Assembly (NCBI RefSeq): GCF_001194135.2
Contig: NC_068995.1
Span: forward strand, 55,684,696 to 55,748,695
DNA length: 64,000 nucleotides
From: Octopus bimaculoides
Lineage: Eukaryota
Direction of reading: 5' to 3'
Each line of letters opens with the position of its first letter. Position 1 is the stretch's first letter. The notes under the pieces were generated by a model. It saw only the letters and a list, made by a program, of their open reading frames with translations. It searched no databases and had not been told where the DNA came from. Below are positions 39,700 through 52,135 of this stretch, piece by piece. Position numbers and translations under genes: made by a program.

Positions 39700-39872
39700 T
39701 CTAAACACAAGGCCCGAAATGGGGGTTTGTTTTTTTTTTTTTTAAGGGAGTGGGCCAGTCGATTAGATCGACTCCAGTNNNNNNNNNNGGCCAGTCGATT
39801 AGATCGACTCCAGTATGCAACTGGTACTTAGTTTATCGACCCCGAAAAGATGAAAGGCAAAGTCGACCTCGG
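39700..39872 (-). mobile_element. SINE family A, 3' half, spanning a 10-N gap
   Basis: Homologous to 8601-8730. Confidence 0.75.
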
Positions 39873-40697
39873 CATATCAATATACGTATGCCTATGTATG
39901 TGAGTGTATGTATGCGTGCACATATGTATATGTATATGTGTATGTTAATGAATATATATCTACATGCATGAATTCATGTGTGTGTGTGTGTGTGTGTGTG
40001 CGTGTGTGTGTGTGTGAATACGTATATTAACTATTAGGAATTGGAGATAGCGTCTGATGAGAATGCAATGAAAAGGAAAAGCAGGAGACGAGAGAAGGAC
40101 GTGGGAGGGGTGGCCAGATATGGAGTCTTTTAGTTCGAGTACCGTTGAGAACATTCTACATCAATGTATGGATGTGTGCGTGAGTGTATACGATGTGTAC
40201 AGACGTGTCTGGTCTTCATTCGACAGCTGATATTTCTTCTTCATATTCTTTCTTCATATCCTTCCTTCTTTCCTTCCTCAATATGCCTTCCTCTCGACCC
40301 GACCCCTCTTCCTCCACCCGTCTCCAATCAGATTATTCCATTCGAATATTCTACAAACGTTGATTTCTTATAAAATAATAACTGGTTAATACTGGTTAAT
40401 ACTGGTGACTTTGATTTTTACGTCTTACTAAATACAACCCGCATCATTTCCCTTTCACTCTGCTCGCTGTCTCCTACCTGAGTTTCTCCTACCTGTGTTT
40501 CTTCTACCTGTGTTTCTCTTAAGATGAGTGTCGGCGTATGCACTTTGCATGTACAGGATTATCTGCATCTAAATGTGTGTGGGTGTGCATGCACGCACGC
40601 ACGCGCGCATGGGCGTAGATATATTCATGTATATCAGTGTAGGTACGCATGTATGTCTTCATGTATTGATTGATATATACATACATATGTATATATG

Positions 40698-40739
<42 letters not shown>

Positions 40740-41499
40740 CATATATACACATATATACATATACATACATATATAAATGTATATATATATAGAAATATAT
40801 ATATACATATATACATATTAGCAACAGTTTCAGCTTAACAATAATACTTTGTTGGCTGCATAAAATCGTAATTCCATGCATGGATGGATGATATTTTGAG
40901 TCAGAAATATTTTTGTAAAACTGTCGTTTGTGAGACTTACTACACTTTTGAAGAATACTGAACCGTTGAACTACACTTTGGCAATTTTTATATCTTGGCA
41001 TCTGAAGAAGCTGGAGATACGATAGTTTTACCAAATGTACCCGCTATTGCAAGCAAAATTAAATATTGAAAAATAACGCATTTGGTCAAATTAGGACATA
41101 CGACAGTTTGACATAATAGCAACGATATATATATATATGTATGTATGTATTAAAAACACATATTTATTTAAGTCTACGTATTTCTGAGAGCGGTTTTTAC
41201 CCTCAATATTCTAACTCCGTTTTTTCTGTATTTCTATATTTTCCACGGTGTACTTTCCCCTATATGGAAATGCTTACCCAAATAAACTTGCACTTTATTT
41301 TAGAAATTGCAAGGAAGCTATAAAGTAGTACACAATCACTAAGCTCTCAGAGCACTGCGTCTTATCATAGCAGAAACAGCTGTAGGGTAATGAGATTGGC
41401 TGCATAATTTCCTATTCTATTATCACCTATTTTGTTTCATACGTGTCTTCTTGTTTTCTCTCCTTTTTTCTCTCTCCTTTTTTTCTCTCCTTGTTTCTT

Positions 41500-41600
41500 T
41501 CTGTGTTCCTTTCTGTAGAAGAGCGTAGGCTCGAAATGTTAAAGACTTTTTCGCTTCCCGAGCGTTATACTAATACACCTATCTTCATCTTTTGCTTTTT
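41500..41600 (+). mobile_element. Second copy of the 34858-34910 PLE-terminal-like repeat, with mutated hammerhead core
   Basis: ttctgtgttcctttctgtagaagagcgtaggctcgaaatgttaaagactttttc versus ttctgtgttcctttctgatgaagagcgtaggctcgaaacgtaaaagactttctc. Confidence 0.75.
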
Positions 41601-41615
41601 TTTGTTGTAAATTCT

Positions 41616-41657
<42 letters not shown>

Positions 41658-42205
41658 NNNNNNNNNNNNNNNNNNNNNNNNNNNNNNNNNNNNNNNNNNN
41701 NNNNNNNNNNNNNNNNNNNNNNNNNNNNNNNNNNNNNNNNNNNNNNNNNNNNNNNNNNNNNNNNNNNNNNNNNNNNNNNNNNNNNNNNNNNNNNNNNNNN
41801 NNNNNNNNNNNNNNNNNNNNNNNNNNNNNNNNNNNNNNNNNNNNNNNNNNNNNNNNNNNNNNNNNNNNNNNNNNNNNNNNNNNNNNNNNNNNNNNNNNNN
41901 NNNNNNNNNNNNNNNNNNNNNNNNNNNNNNNNNNNNNNNNNNNNNNNNNNNNNNNNNNNNNNNNNNNNNNNNNNNNNNNNNNNNNNNNNNNNNNNNNNNN
42001 NNNNNNNATGAAATATTGACTCTACAAGTATATATGTCTATGTGTATTTGAGTATATATTTTGTTTATATATATGTATATATATGTATGTGTGTGTGTTG
42101 AGTATATTATATATATATATGCGTGCGTTCGTGCATGTGTAAATAAACGGGCATGACTTGAGATGAATGGAAAGAGGAACATTCATAATGGGAAGGTAAG
42201 AAGGG

Positions 42206-42282
<77 letters not shown>

Positions 42283-43085
42283 GTAGATAGATACACACGT
42301 TAACAAAATCACCCACCCACACAAACACGCAAATACATACATACATACATACATACGCGTGTCCGTACGTACACGTACGTACATGCGTATAAACAGCTCC
42401 ACAGACACACACGCACACACATACACACACACATAGAAAAGTTGACCGATCGATAGACAGATGGAGAGAGAGAGAGAGAGAGACAGATAAAATGGTGGAT
42501 GAATTCACTTGTTAAAGTGAAATGCGTGATTAAAGAAATAACAGCGACAATGAATACGCCTTAACAAGTGTTATTAATTCCTACTTACCCAGAATATATA
42601 TATACACACATATATACACACACATGTATATGAATTCTAAATACATATATATGTGTGTTTGTGTGAATGGTAGGGTATGTTGAGCATAAAACTCCTTAAT
42701 AAATACCCAAGTCTTTCCAAATCGCCTCCGGGTCTCCTCTAGTAAACGATTAAAATGAAACTGTTTGTTATTCCATTTATAAATTGCAGTATGGTCACAC
42801 AGGACGAAGACACAGATTTGAAACACGATATCCACGATTAGCAAAAGGAAAGTTAATCATTCCCTTTTTTTCTTCTCTTTTCTTTTATCTTTTTTCAAAG
42901 TATAAAATATCTGTTAAATATCCTTTCTATTATGGCGTTTTCAATTCATTTTCGATTTGTTTGGGTTTCGATTAATCTTTTCTTATTTTTTAATTTTTTT
43001 TGTTTGTTTTTCAATTCTACTTCAGATGGTAATACAAACTGATTAACTGGCATATATATATACATATATACATACAGACATATAC

Positions 43086-43135
<50 letters not shown>

Positions 43136-43139
43136 GTGT

Positions 43140-43225
<86 letters not shown>

Positions 43226-43342
43226 CTGATTGATTCCTATGTCCCAAGTGTTGCTGGCTGGCCGTTTGCTTTCCCTTGCAAAATGTATAATTATTTTTAT
43301 ATTACATACACATTATATAGATTGACAGACAGACAGACAGAC

Positions 43343-43405
<63 letters not shown>

Positions 43406-44399
43406 GTGCAGCAGGTAGTTATTACTGTTGTTGTTGTTGTTGTTGTTGTTGTACTTGTTGCAGCATGTTTGTTGTCCTTGGTTGTATTATTGNNNNNNNN
43501 NNGTTGTTGTTGTTGTTGTTGTTGTTGTACTTGTTGCAGCATGTTTGTTGTCCTTGGTTGTATTATTGTTGATGTTAACGATGTCGTTATTGCTGATAAC
43601 GTTGTTATTGCACATTTATCACTGCATTTTCTTTAGTTCTTCTTTTTCTTCTTCTTCTTCTCCTTGTTGTTGTTGTTGATGATGTTGATGTTGTTATCAC
43701 GTTTTATATTATTTTACGTTATTATAACATTTCCATTTGTTTTATTTTTATTATTTTTTTTCCATTTGTTTTTTTTTTCCAATTCCTTGTTCTTCGCCTG
43801 ATTAGGTTTTCGTTTTAACTTAAATTAAACACAAATTAAAACGTAGAGTAGTTAATTTGTTTTGTTTTGTTTTTCTAATATATATACAACGATTAATTAA
43901 ATCTTTTTTTTTTTTTAGTTGTTTGTATTCGTTTTCTTTTTGTTCTGATTTTTATATGTAATATATATACTTTTTTATCGGGGTTTGGTTGTTTTTTCGT
44001 TTTGTTTATCTTTTTTTATTGCCGTTGTGTTTTGTGTGTGTGTTTCTTTCAATCCTATTTCATCTCCTATTTACAAATAAACAAATAAACGGAGAAAGAC
44101 AATCAGTTAAACTATATTATTCAAGATGCGAGGCATTTTTCTCACACTTTTTACCTCGGTGGCTTCCGTGGCCATCTCGCCGCCACTTGGGTGGTATGGA
44201 GAACATCTGTAGTAGCATCATATTTGAGGTCACATAACTCCGCAGCCTCCCACCGTCCGTTACGTTGCTTTTCCCATTTCGTCTCTATTGATTTTACTAT
44301 TGCTGTGTTAGGTGTACGTCTTTTTTTTTATTATATCTTTATGTGTTCACTTCGTCCTTGTGTTTGTCTCTCCTCTCATAATAATAACGTCTCTCTGCC

Positions 44400-44596
44400 T
44401 CTCCATTTTTCTATCTTTCGTCTCTCCTTGTCGCTGCCTCTTGCTTCTTCTGCTTGTGGCTGTCTCTCTCTCTCTCTCTCTCTCTCTTTCTATCTGTTTC
44501 TCTCTCTCTTTATTTATTTATCCCTCTCGCTCTTTATCTTACTTTCTCTTTCTATCTCTTTCTCTCCCCACACTCGCTCTAAATGAGTTTCTCGTC

Positions 44597-44627
<31 letters not shown>

Positions 44628-44895
44628 ACTCACTCACTCACTATTTGTTCATCCCTTTCGCTTTTACTCTGTTTATCTCTCCTCTTTCCCTCCAACTTTC
44701 ACATTCTGTCATTGTCTCGCCTGCTTCTCTCTCTTTCTCTCTCTCCCTCTCTATATCTCTATCTTTCTATCTCTATCTCTCTTTCTCACTTTAAATTCAT
44801 CCGTCAGCTTTTTTGCCTATCGATCTATCATCTGTCGTCTGCTTCTTCCTATTTTGTCTTAATCTTTATTCTTTCTTCCACTTTCGCTTTCACTT

Positions 44896-44953
<58 letters not shown>

Positions 44954-45138
44954 CTCTCTCTCTCTCCTCGTTTATATAGATGTGTGTTTAGGCTGTAAAT
45001 CTCATACATTCATACAAGTAACAAACGTCTCTTAATATATTTATAAAATATTATTCCTCGTCTGCCTCCGCTTCAGTCTTATTTATTCTCTTATATATCT
45101 CTTCCGTGTTTATATATTTATATTCATTTCTCCCTCCT

Positions 45139-45201
<63 letters not shown>

Positions 45202-45480
45202 TCACACACACCTTTCTAATAATTATCGTCTGTCTTGTTTAATTTCAACTTTCTTTCTTTCACATTCTCTTGTCACTCTCAATTCATCTATCTATCCACC
45301 AATCTATTTATCAATGCGTCTGTCTATCTTCTTCCGCCTTGTTTTACTTTAATCTTTCAATTTCTCACTTTCTCCTTTCCTCTTAATCAATCTCTCTACA
45401 TAGTCAACCTTGATTCCTTTCTCTCACTTTGTATTTTTGTGTTCAGTTGACATCTCACTCTATCTCTTTGTCTATCTATC
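44400..45480. repeat. CT-rich low-complexity polypyrimidine block
   Basis: About 1 kb dominated by degenerate (CT)n/(CTAT)n. Confidence 0.9.
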
Positions 45481-46348
45481 TATGTGCATGTGTGCTTGCA
45501 TGCACATATACATATTATAAATATATATATANNNNNNNNNNNNNNNNNNNNNNNNNNNNNNNNNNNNNNNNNNNNNNNNNNNNNNNNNNNNNNNNNNNNN
45601 NNNNNNNNNNNNNNNNNNNNNNNNNNNNNNNNNNNNNNNNNNNNNNNNNNNNNNNNNNNNNNNNNNNNNNNNNNTATATATATACGTATATCTATGTACA
45701 AACATATACACATATAGAGTCTAGCGTTCGTTTTAATGTGACCATTTTCTTCGTCTCTCAATCATATTTACTTTTCTCCTCCCCGATCAACACGATCTGT
45801 CATTTGCCTCAATCATTATTCAAAAGAAACAAAACAAAGTGAAATAATGATTATCATAATAGGTTAGCGTTGATTGATGCACATGCACGAATGTAACTGC
45901 ATTCATGCGTAAATTCAACCATAACATGCGGTGCCAAGTAGAACGAACGTTTTCCGCTGTTGCATGCCTTTGCACATGCGTGCAGCGAGCTGTAAAAACT
46001 GACACACATATCTACAAGTGGCAGACTTTCTCTTTATCCCATTGAATAAACAGGCTGTGGCACCGAAAGTATTTTCCTACACTGTACTATAGAACAATAC
46101 ATCCATGGGTTTTTAGCCAATACTGAGTCTATAGATGGATGTAAGTAAGTTGACAGTTTTTTACAAGTTTCTTCCAGGACAGAAAAACAGGGAACAGCTA
46201 GACTGGTTTCAGTCCTTCAACAGGGATCTCATTAGCGATTGTGTACCATTGTTAGCAGTAATTAAATAAGGCATTTGTTTACGTATACATATATATATTA
46301 TCTGTAAGTATGTATATATATATATGTGTGTGTGTATGTGTGTGTGCG

Positions 46349-46389
<41 letters not shown>

Positions 46390-46949
46390 ACAAACAGACA
46401 GACAAAAAGACGACTGAAACACATACAGAAAGAGAATGAATGAGTGAATGACCGGTGTAAACCGAAAAGCCCACACACAATGCGTGTGTGTGTGTTTGTG
46501 TGTGTGTGTGTACGCGTATTTATGTGTCTGTACGAGAGAGAGAGAGGTGGAGACAGAAATTGACAGAGATTGTGAGTGAGTGAGTGAGTGAGTGGGTGAG
46601 TGAGTGAGTTCCCACCGGCCTCTAACGCAATGATATTTCTGTTATGTCCGTAAGACAGGGGTTCGAAAACTTGAGAATCGATGAAACGAGTACCAGGTTA
46701 AAATAAGTACTGAGGTCGATATGGTCGGCTAGAACCTTGACGTCACAACCCTAACCCAGCCTGGCCATGGCTGGCTGCAGTCCAATAACTGAAACAATGA
46801 AGAGTGCACACACACACAACGCATACACACACACACAACACAACACACACACACACGCACAACATACACACGCACGCACACGCACACACACACATATACA
46901 TATATACGCGCGCGTATGGGTCTGTTTGTATGTATATATCTGTGTACAT

Positions 46950-47029
<80 letters not shown>

Positions 47030-47216
47030 GTATGTGCGTGTATGTGTGTATGTATGTATGTATGTATGTATGTATGTATGTGTAGGGTAGGTGTAGGATT
47101 TGGCTGATAAAAAATCTACGAGCAAGACCAGAATAATGCACCAACTACAATCATTCTGTTGCGCAGTTTGCTTTCTGGACGAAATTTCATTATAACCCGT
47201 CGGAAATCTCGTTGAA

Positions 47217-47229
47217 AGGTCAAAGGTCA
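47217..47229 (+). promoter_or_regulatory. Perfect DR1 nuclear-receptor response element
   Basis: AGGTCA-A-AGGTCA in non-repetitive sequence. Confidence 0.45.
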
Positions 47230-47992
47230 CGCTAATTGTTGGACAATTGATGCCGGTCAGCACTGGCCGGTATCTCTTTCATCCGTGTGCTCGTTCGTAC
47301 ATCTATGTTTGGATGAATATATATACCTGTGTGTGTGTGTGTAGGGAGGAGTCTTAATCAAGGGATTAAATTTTTAATAATGTCTCCATTTCAGTTAGCC
47401 TCACAATCCGCAACAATAGCGATAATGNNNNNNNNNNNNNNNNNNNNNNNNNNNNNNNNNNNNNNNNNNNNNNNNNNNNNNNNNNNNNNNNNNNNNNNNN
47501 NNNNNNNNNNNNNNNNNNNNNNNNNNNNNNNNNNNNNNNNNNNNNNNNNNNNNNNNNNNNNNNNNNNNNNNNNNNNNNNNNNNNNNNNNNNGGTGGTGGT
47601 GGACTCGTCGTCTAAGGTGATAATTAAGGTAGTAGTAGTAGTAGTAGTGGTGGTGGTGGTGGTGGTGGTGGTGGTGCTGCTGCTGCTGCTGCGGATGTTG
47701 TTACTGTTGATGCAGTCGATGGAAGAGCTGGTTTCTTTCACTCAATTGATAGTCCTCTTATAACTGTTGTTGTTGTTATTGTAGCTTTCCTCATAATTTC
47801 ATTGGCTGTCGTCTCCACCGTCATTAATATTAATTTCGTTTTGTTTCTACAGTCTTTTTGTTGTTCTTTTTTGTTTTGTTTTTTCTTGCCGATGTTCTTG
47901 TTGTCGTCGTCGCCGTCTTCTCCCTCTTTCTTGTGTAGTCCTTGATCAGGCTCCTAACCGAGCACTTCCCCACAGAAAGTAATGTAGCTAGA

Positions 47993-48031
<39 letters not shown>

Positions 48032-48169
48032 AACCAGGACAGCCCTTCAGTTTGCCCAAAAGTGCCGCACCCGTAAAAGCATCACCCGGAGCGGACCGCC
48101 TCCTCCCTGCCTCTATTCCTAGCTACGCTATTGGCCACAGACCCATCACACAATACGTTATTCGATTCA

Positions 48170-48177
48170 TGACGTCA
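48170..48177. promoter_or_regulatory. CRE palindrome, with nearby CCAAT (minus, ~48130-48134) and GC-box-like motif (~48097-48108)
   Basis: TGACGTCA, ATTGG and ccgcctcctccc within ~80 bp of CpG-rich sequence. Confidence 0.3.
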
Positions 48178-48334
48178 CTGCGTAAATAACGACCCTGTTG
48201 CACACCCCGTCATGAATCGAATAACGTATTGTGTGATAGTCTGAAGATATCACACACCTTTCACTGGTTAATCTATTTCCGAATGTCCGGAGGCAGACAA
48301 ACTGGACTTGCTCTGAACCACAGCACAGTATTAT

Positions 48335-48450
48335 TTGGAATACTCGGCCTGAGGTTGTAGTAGAAGACACTTGCCCAAGGTTCCACGCAGTGGGACTGAA
48401 CCCGGAACCATGTGGTTGGCAAGCAAGCTACTTACCACACAGCCACTCCT
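48335..48450 (-). mobile_element. SINE family B, 5' part
   Basis: Reverse complement of gagtggctgtgtggtaagtagcttgcttgccaaccacatggttccgggttcagtcccactgcgtggaaccttgggcaagtgtcttctac. Confidence 0.85.
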
Positions 48451-49076
48451 TGCTATAAAAAAGAGAAAAATTTTTAAAAAACGGAAAAACATTGTGCTAA
48501 ATGACCCAGTTATAAATAAATTAAAGAACATATGGCGGAAATTGGGCTTCGTTCCGAGAACCCATTACGTTGTCCTGAACAATGTGGAGGGCCACTGGGA
48601 CGCGCTTTTACAGTCCAAGCGGAACCGTTGACTGCTCGTTGATCCGTGTATTCACAGATCAATTCGTGATAAACGTAACACGGTTTACAATTAGTATATC
48701 TTGTTATCCAGGATCAGCACTGAATAAATCAGTATTAAACGTAGTCAGATGTATTGTTTTGGGGTTTTGCATGTGTGTGTAGCGGGAGATTCTGCAGATG
48801 GTCTTATATTTGGTTACAAAAACCTTAAAGGTTATAATCCTACTACGACAACAAATGATGGCCCTCATCATAGCTTTGCTGTCTTTCACTGTTAGTAGCA
48901 TTTTCATGTTCTGTAATGTAATTGGTCATTGTGTGACATTTGTACATGTTATAATGCCCAGAGCACTGTCTTGTGATCTTCTAGATCTTGTGATTTGTTG
49001 TGGAATAAATGAACACCCAGACAGGACTGTGTATGTGTGTGGTTTTGGGATATCTGTTACAGGTAAGGTATTAGAA

Positions 49077-49406
49077 CAGAGGTTCTCAAGCTTTTTGGGC
49101 CACCCTCCACTCATGGCCACATAATACCCTCAGCGCCCCCACCCCTATTTTTATATGTAAATAAATATTTCATATTTTAGTAATTTATATATACTATGAA
49201 TCATTTGATATTTAATATAATATATAATTTGTATGCAATACTATAATATTGTTATAATAAATTCATAACGTACCCCCAATCCCCTGCTTCCCTCTCAACG
49301 CCTCTTTTTTCTCTACCGCACCACTTCCTTAGACGCTAGCGCCCACTTGGACTCTCTCAACGCCCACCCGGGGTGGGGGAGGTAGCCCCCACTTTGAGAA
49401 CCTATG
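49077..49406. mobile_element. hAT (Charlie-like) MITE, 330 bp
   Basis: TIRs CAGAGGTTCTCAA / rc CATAGGTTCTCAA (12/13); perfect 8-bp TSD TATTAGAA at 49069-49076 and 49407-49414; AT-rich non-coding core. Confidence 0.92.
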
Positions 49407-50018
49407 TATTAGAATCACAGAATAGATGAAGTATGTATTCTTTCCATTTTGTGTCCCTGTCTTTGAATGGTTCTATGGAACTAATTTTCGGAAAATGTTT
49501 TACAAGGGCGTTTCCTTGATATTGCAATACGGGTGTATTATTTAAGGCTATTATTGTGACATAGGATGTCTGTGTGACCGCTGTTAGTAACATTGCTAAT
49601 TACTCGACACAGTACTTTAATGCTAATTGTGTGTTTCTCTGTTAATATTACAACTGTTTGCCAATTTTCGTTTCACATTTATTTATCTATTTATTTTCTT
49701 GTTTGGTTGTCTGGTGCCAAGTCTTAGTTTTGCTGGGTGTGGTTTTGGTGCAGTGTGACTTAGGTTGCCTTTTGTCATGTAATTTCTATTTCTAGTGTGC
49801 AGTTGATGCTGTATATATCGTGGCACTCCGTCGGTTACGATGACGAGGGTTCCAGTTGATCCGATGAACGGAGCATCTACGGTTTACGTTGGATCTGGTA
49901 CTGACATATCTGCAGTAACCAACCATAAGGTGATGACTTCAATGTTTATCTTACAGTGAAATTTATATTATCGTACCTAGCCATTTCTGGCATTCTACTT
50001 GTTGATGTGTCAAGGTTC

Positions 50019-50049
<31 letters not shown>

Positions 50050-50051
50050 TT

Positions 50052-50780
50052 AGGTGAGCAATGACTGCCTGCTTGTCACAAAGCAACTAATCGAAATATC
50101 GGCAGAGTATAGCAACCTACACTACATATCTTTCGTGAACTACCAAAAAGCTTTCGACTCTAAAAATAACATCAGTGATGACAGCTGTAATAAATCAGTG
50201 TAGAACCATCATACAATAATGTCTTTAAAAAGCTATCACAAAACTGCATCTTTTATCAGACGACTCAAAGAATCGAACAGATTCCTACATAGAAAGGCAT
50301 CAGTCAGAGAGAATGTATTTCCTGTAAAGTATTCACCGCCTGCCTTGAAAAAGTCTTATTTTACTTTCTTTTTATCTGTTTTGTTTGTTTTTGTTTTTGT
50401 GATTTTTATTTTGTGTGGGAGTTTATTTTGTTTTCGGTTTTTGTTTTTTGTTATGATTTTTTTTTTCTTTTTTGTTATGGTGGGGGTTCGCAAACTGCAC
50501 CAAGAGTAGGTTGAAACTTGATTTAAAATCGACAGTGAATAGCTTATGCATTTTCGATTTGCAGACGACATGTTAACGTGTCAGAAGAGCTGACTTCAAA
50601 TTTCTTTCGAACAACTGAACAGAAAAGACCTGACAGTAAGAATAGGAATGAACATTATAGCAAAAATAAAGTGAAATATGTATAAAAACCAAACAAGCTT
50701 CCAGAAGTTTCTGATATCAAAATTTGAGAAATATCCTTTCAACAAGAAAACTTACATCTACTTTAGGAAAATTATTAAAA
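50052..50780 (+). mobile_element. Decayed RTE (BovB-like) LINE RT fragment, interrupted by a T-rich insert at ~50357-50500
   Basis: KQLIEISAEYSNLHYISFVNYQKAFDS, GISQRECISCKVFTACLE (cf. GVRQGDTISPKLFTACLE), HFRFADD, YIY near the end; many stops and frameshifts. Confidence 0.85.
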
Positions 50781-50891
50781 GTATTTTTCTCAAGCGAACA
50801 GTTAATCCCGAAGCATCAGATTTCTCTTCCCTCTAACCTCATTCAAATTAAGGAGAAAATGTACTCTTAACATATGTATTAGTAATTACAA

Positions 50892-51260
50892 GATGCATCT
50901 CACCGATGGTCTGGGATGCTTCGTTAGTAATGCTTCTGCGGTCTCAGGTTTTTCTGGTCTGTCAACATCAGGCACCCACTGACCCAGTTGTTCAAACCCC
51001 AGTTGTTCAAGCCCCACCTTCCATCCCAGCAGCAACAGTAGATCTACCACCTTTATCCAAAGCTACCTCGGCAGCCTCAGTAATGGAATTTATGGCCTTC
51101 CTCTTTGTTGCATCATAACCCGAAGCCCAGTCAGAGCTTTCCAGAAGGAACGCTACATAAAACCCTTGCAGCCCACTTCAATCGCATTGCAACGTGCCTG
51201 CCAGTCCTTGTTTGCGCACTGCTCCACCACCTCCAGGTATTTGGCAAGCTTCCTTCTCAC
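50892..51260 (-). mobile_element. HERO/NeSL-type non-LTR retrotransposon 3' end (restriction-like endonuclease C-terminus + 3' UTR)
   Basis: Minus strand RRKLAKYLEVVEQCANKDWQARCNAIEVGCKGF, then after a frameshift ATKRKAINSITEAAEVA..WIK. These match RLE motifs ERK-x-x-KY, P-x-EVG-x-RGF and AI-x-x-I-x-EAAE-x-x-S-x-WLW. Confidence 0.85.
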
Positions 51261-51289
51261 CAACCTCCTCCACATGTTTTCTTGCATGT

Positions 51290-52135
51290 GTGTTCTTTTA
51301 CGTGGACACGCTGGAAGACATCGAAACATTAAAAGGCAACTTAGAAAACAACTTCATTCCAAAATTTAGCATCCGCAATAATGCAAGCACGACTCCATTT
51401 CGAAATATAAACATCTAGGAGCATCCCACATGTGGATATCGATGTCTTCTATGCATATCAAGGACGCATATAAATGTATATATTTACATGGAAACGATGA
51501 ATGTCCACACAGCTACAAAATGTCGGCGATAAAATCCCTACTTAAAAAAGCGTTTAGATTCTCTTTCGCAAACAAAAATAAAGAAAATCTACAAAATCTC
51601 TTTCATAAAACAAGTATTAAACAAAAAAAATCTACAAGATAAAGCAAATACTAATTAACAACGGATATTCTAACAGACTAGTAAATCAAGCCACAGAAGT
51701 TTGTAGACACAAGTACAATGCAATAAATATTCCAGACATTATATTCATTAAAAAGAACACAAATCACACATAAAGTTTATTAATCAATTGCATGCTAACT
51801 ATAGAACAGACGAACACATAAACAAATATCTCATAAAATGGATCATAAAATGCAGAACTCCAAACCATAAGTTGACGGTAATAATATACTTTAAAAGTGT
51901 CAATAACTAAATCTGTTTTATCAACGACAAACCACAACCATGTAAACCAGAAGACAAGCATAAAATGACAAATACCATTCAGAATAACTATTGTAAGCAA
52001 AACAGTTGTAAACTTAATGACTCCAACTGTTGCACTGGACATACAAGTACAATACTCTCCCGTGGATTCAACATGCTCATCATACAGCAAGGAGCTAATG
52101 CGATTCACTAAATCTCACAATATAAAACAAACTAG
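51290..52135 (+). mobile_element. Decayed Penelope-like element: RT C-terminus, thumb/linker and GIY-YIG region
   Basis: FYVD...LENNFIPKFS...PF; ECPHSYKMSAIKSLLKKAF; KQILINNGYS; GHTSTILSR...MLIIQQGA (cf. YIGHTTTTLSRRLTMH-x-x-x-GAI). Confidence 0.85.

Noticed and set aside
39753-39814. Direct duplication of ggccagtcgattagatcgactccagt
   Set aside because: Flanks a 10-N gap; typical unmerged contig overlap.
43427-43567. Direct duplication of a ~60-bp GTT-rich unit
   Set aside because: Flanks a 10-N gap; likely assembly overlap.
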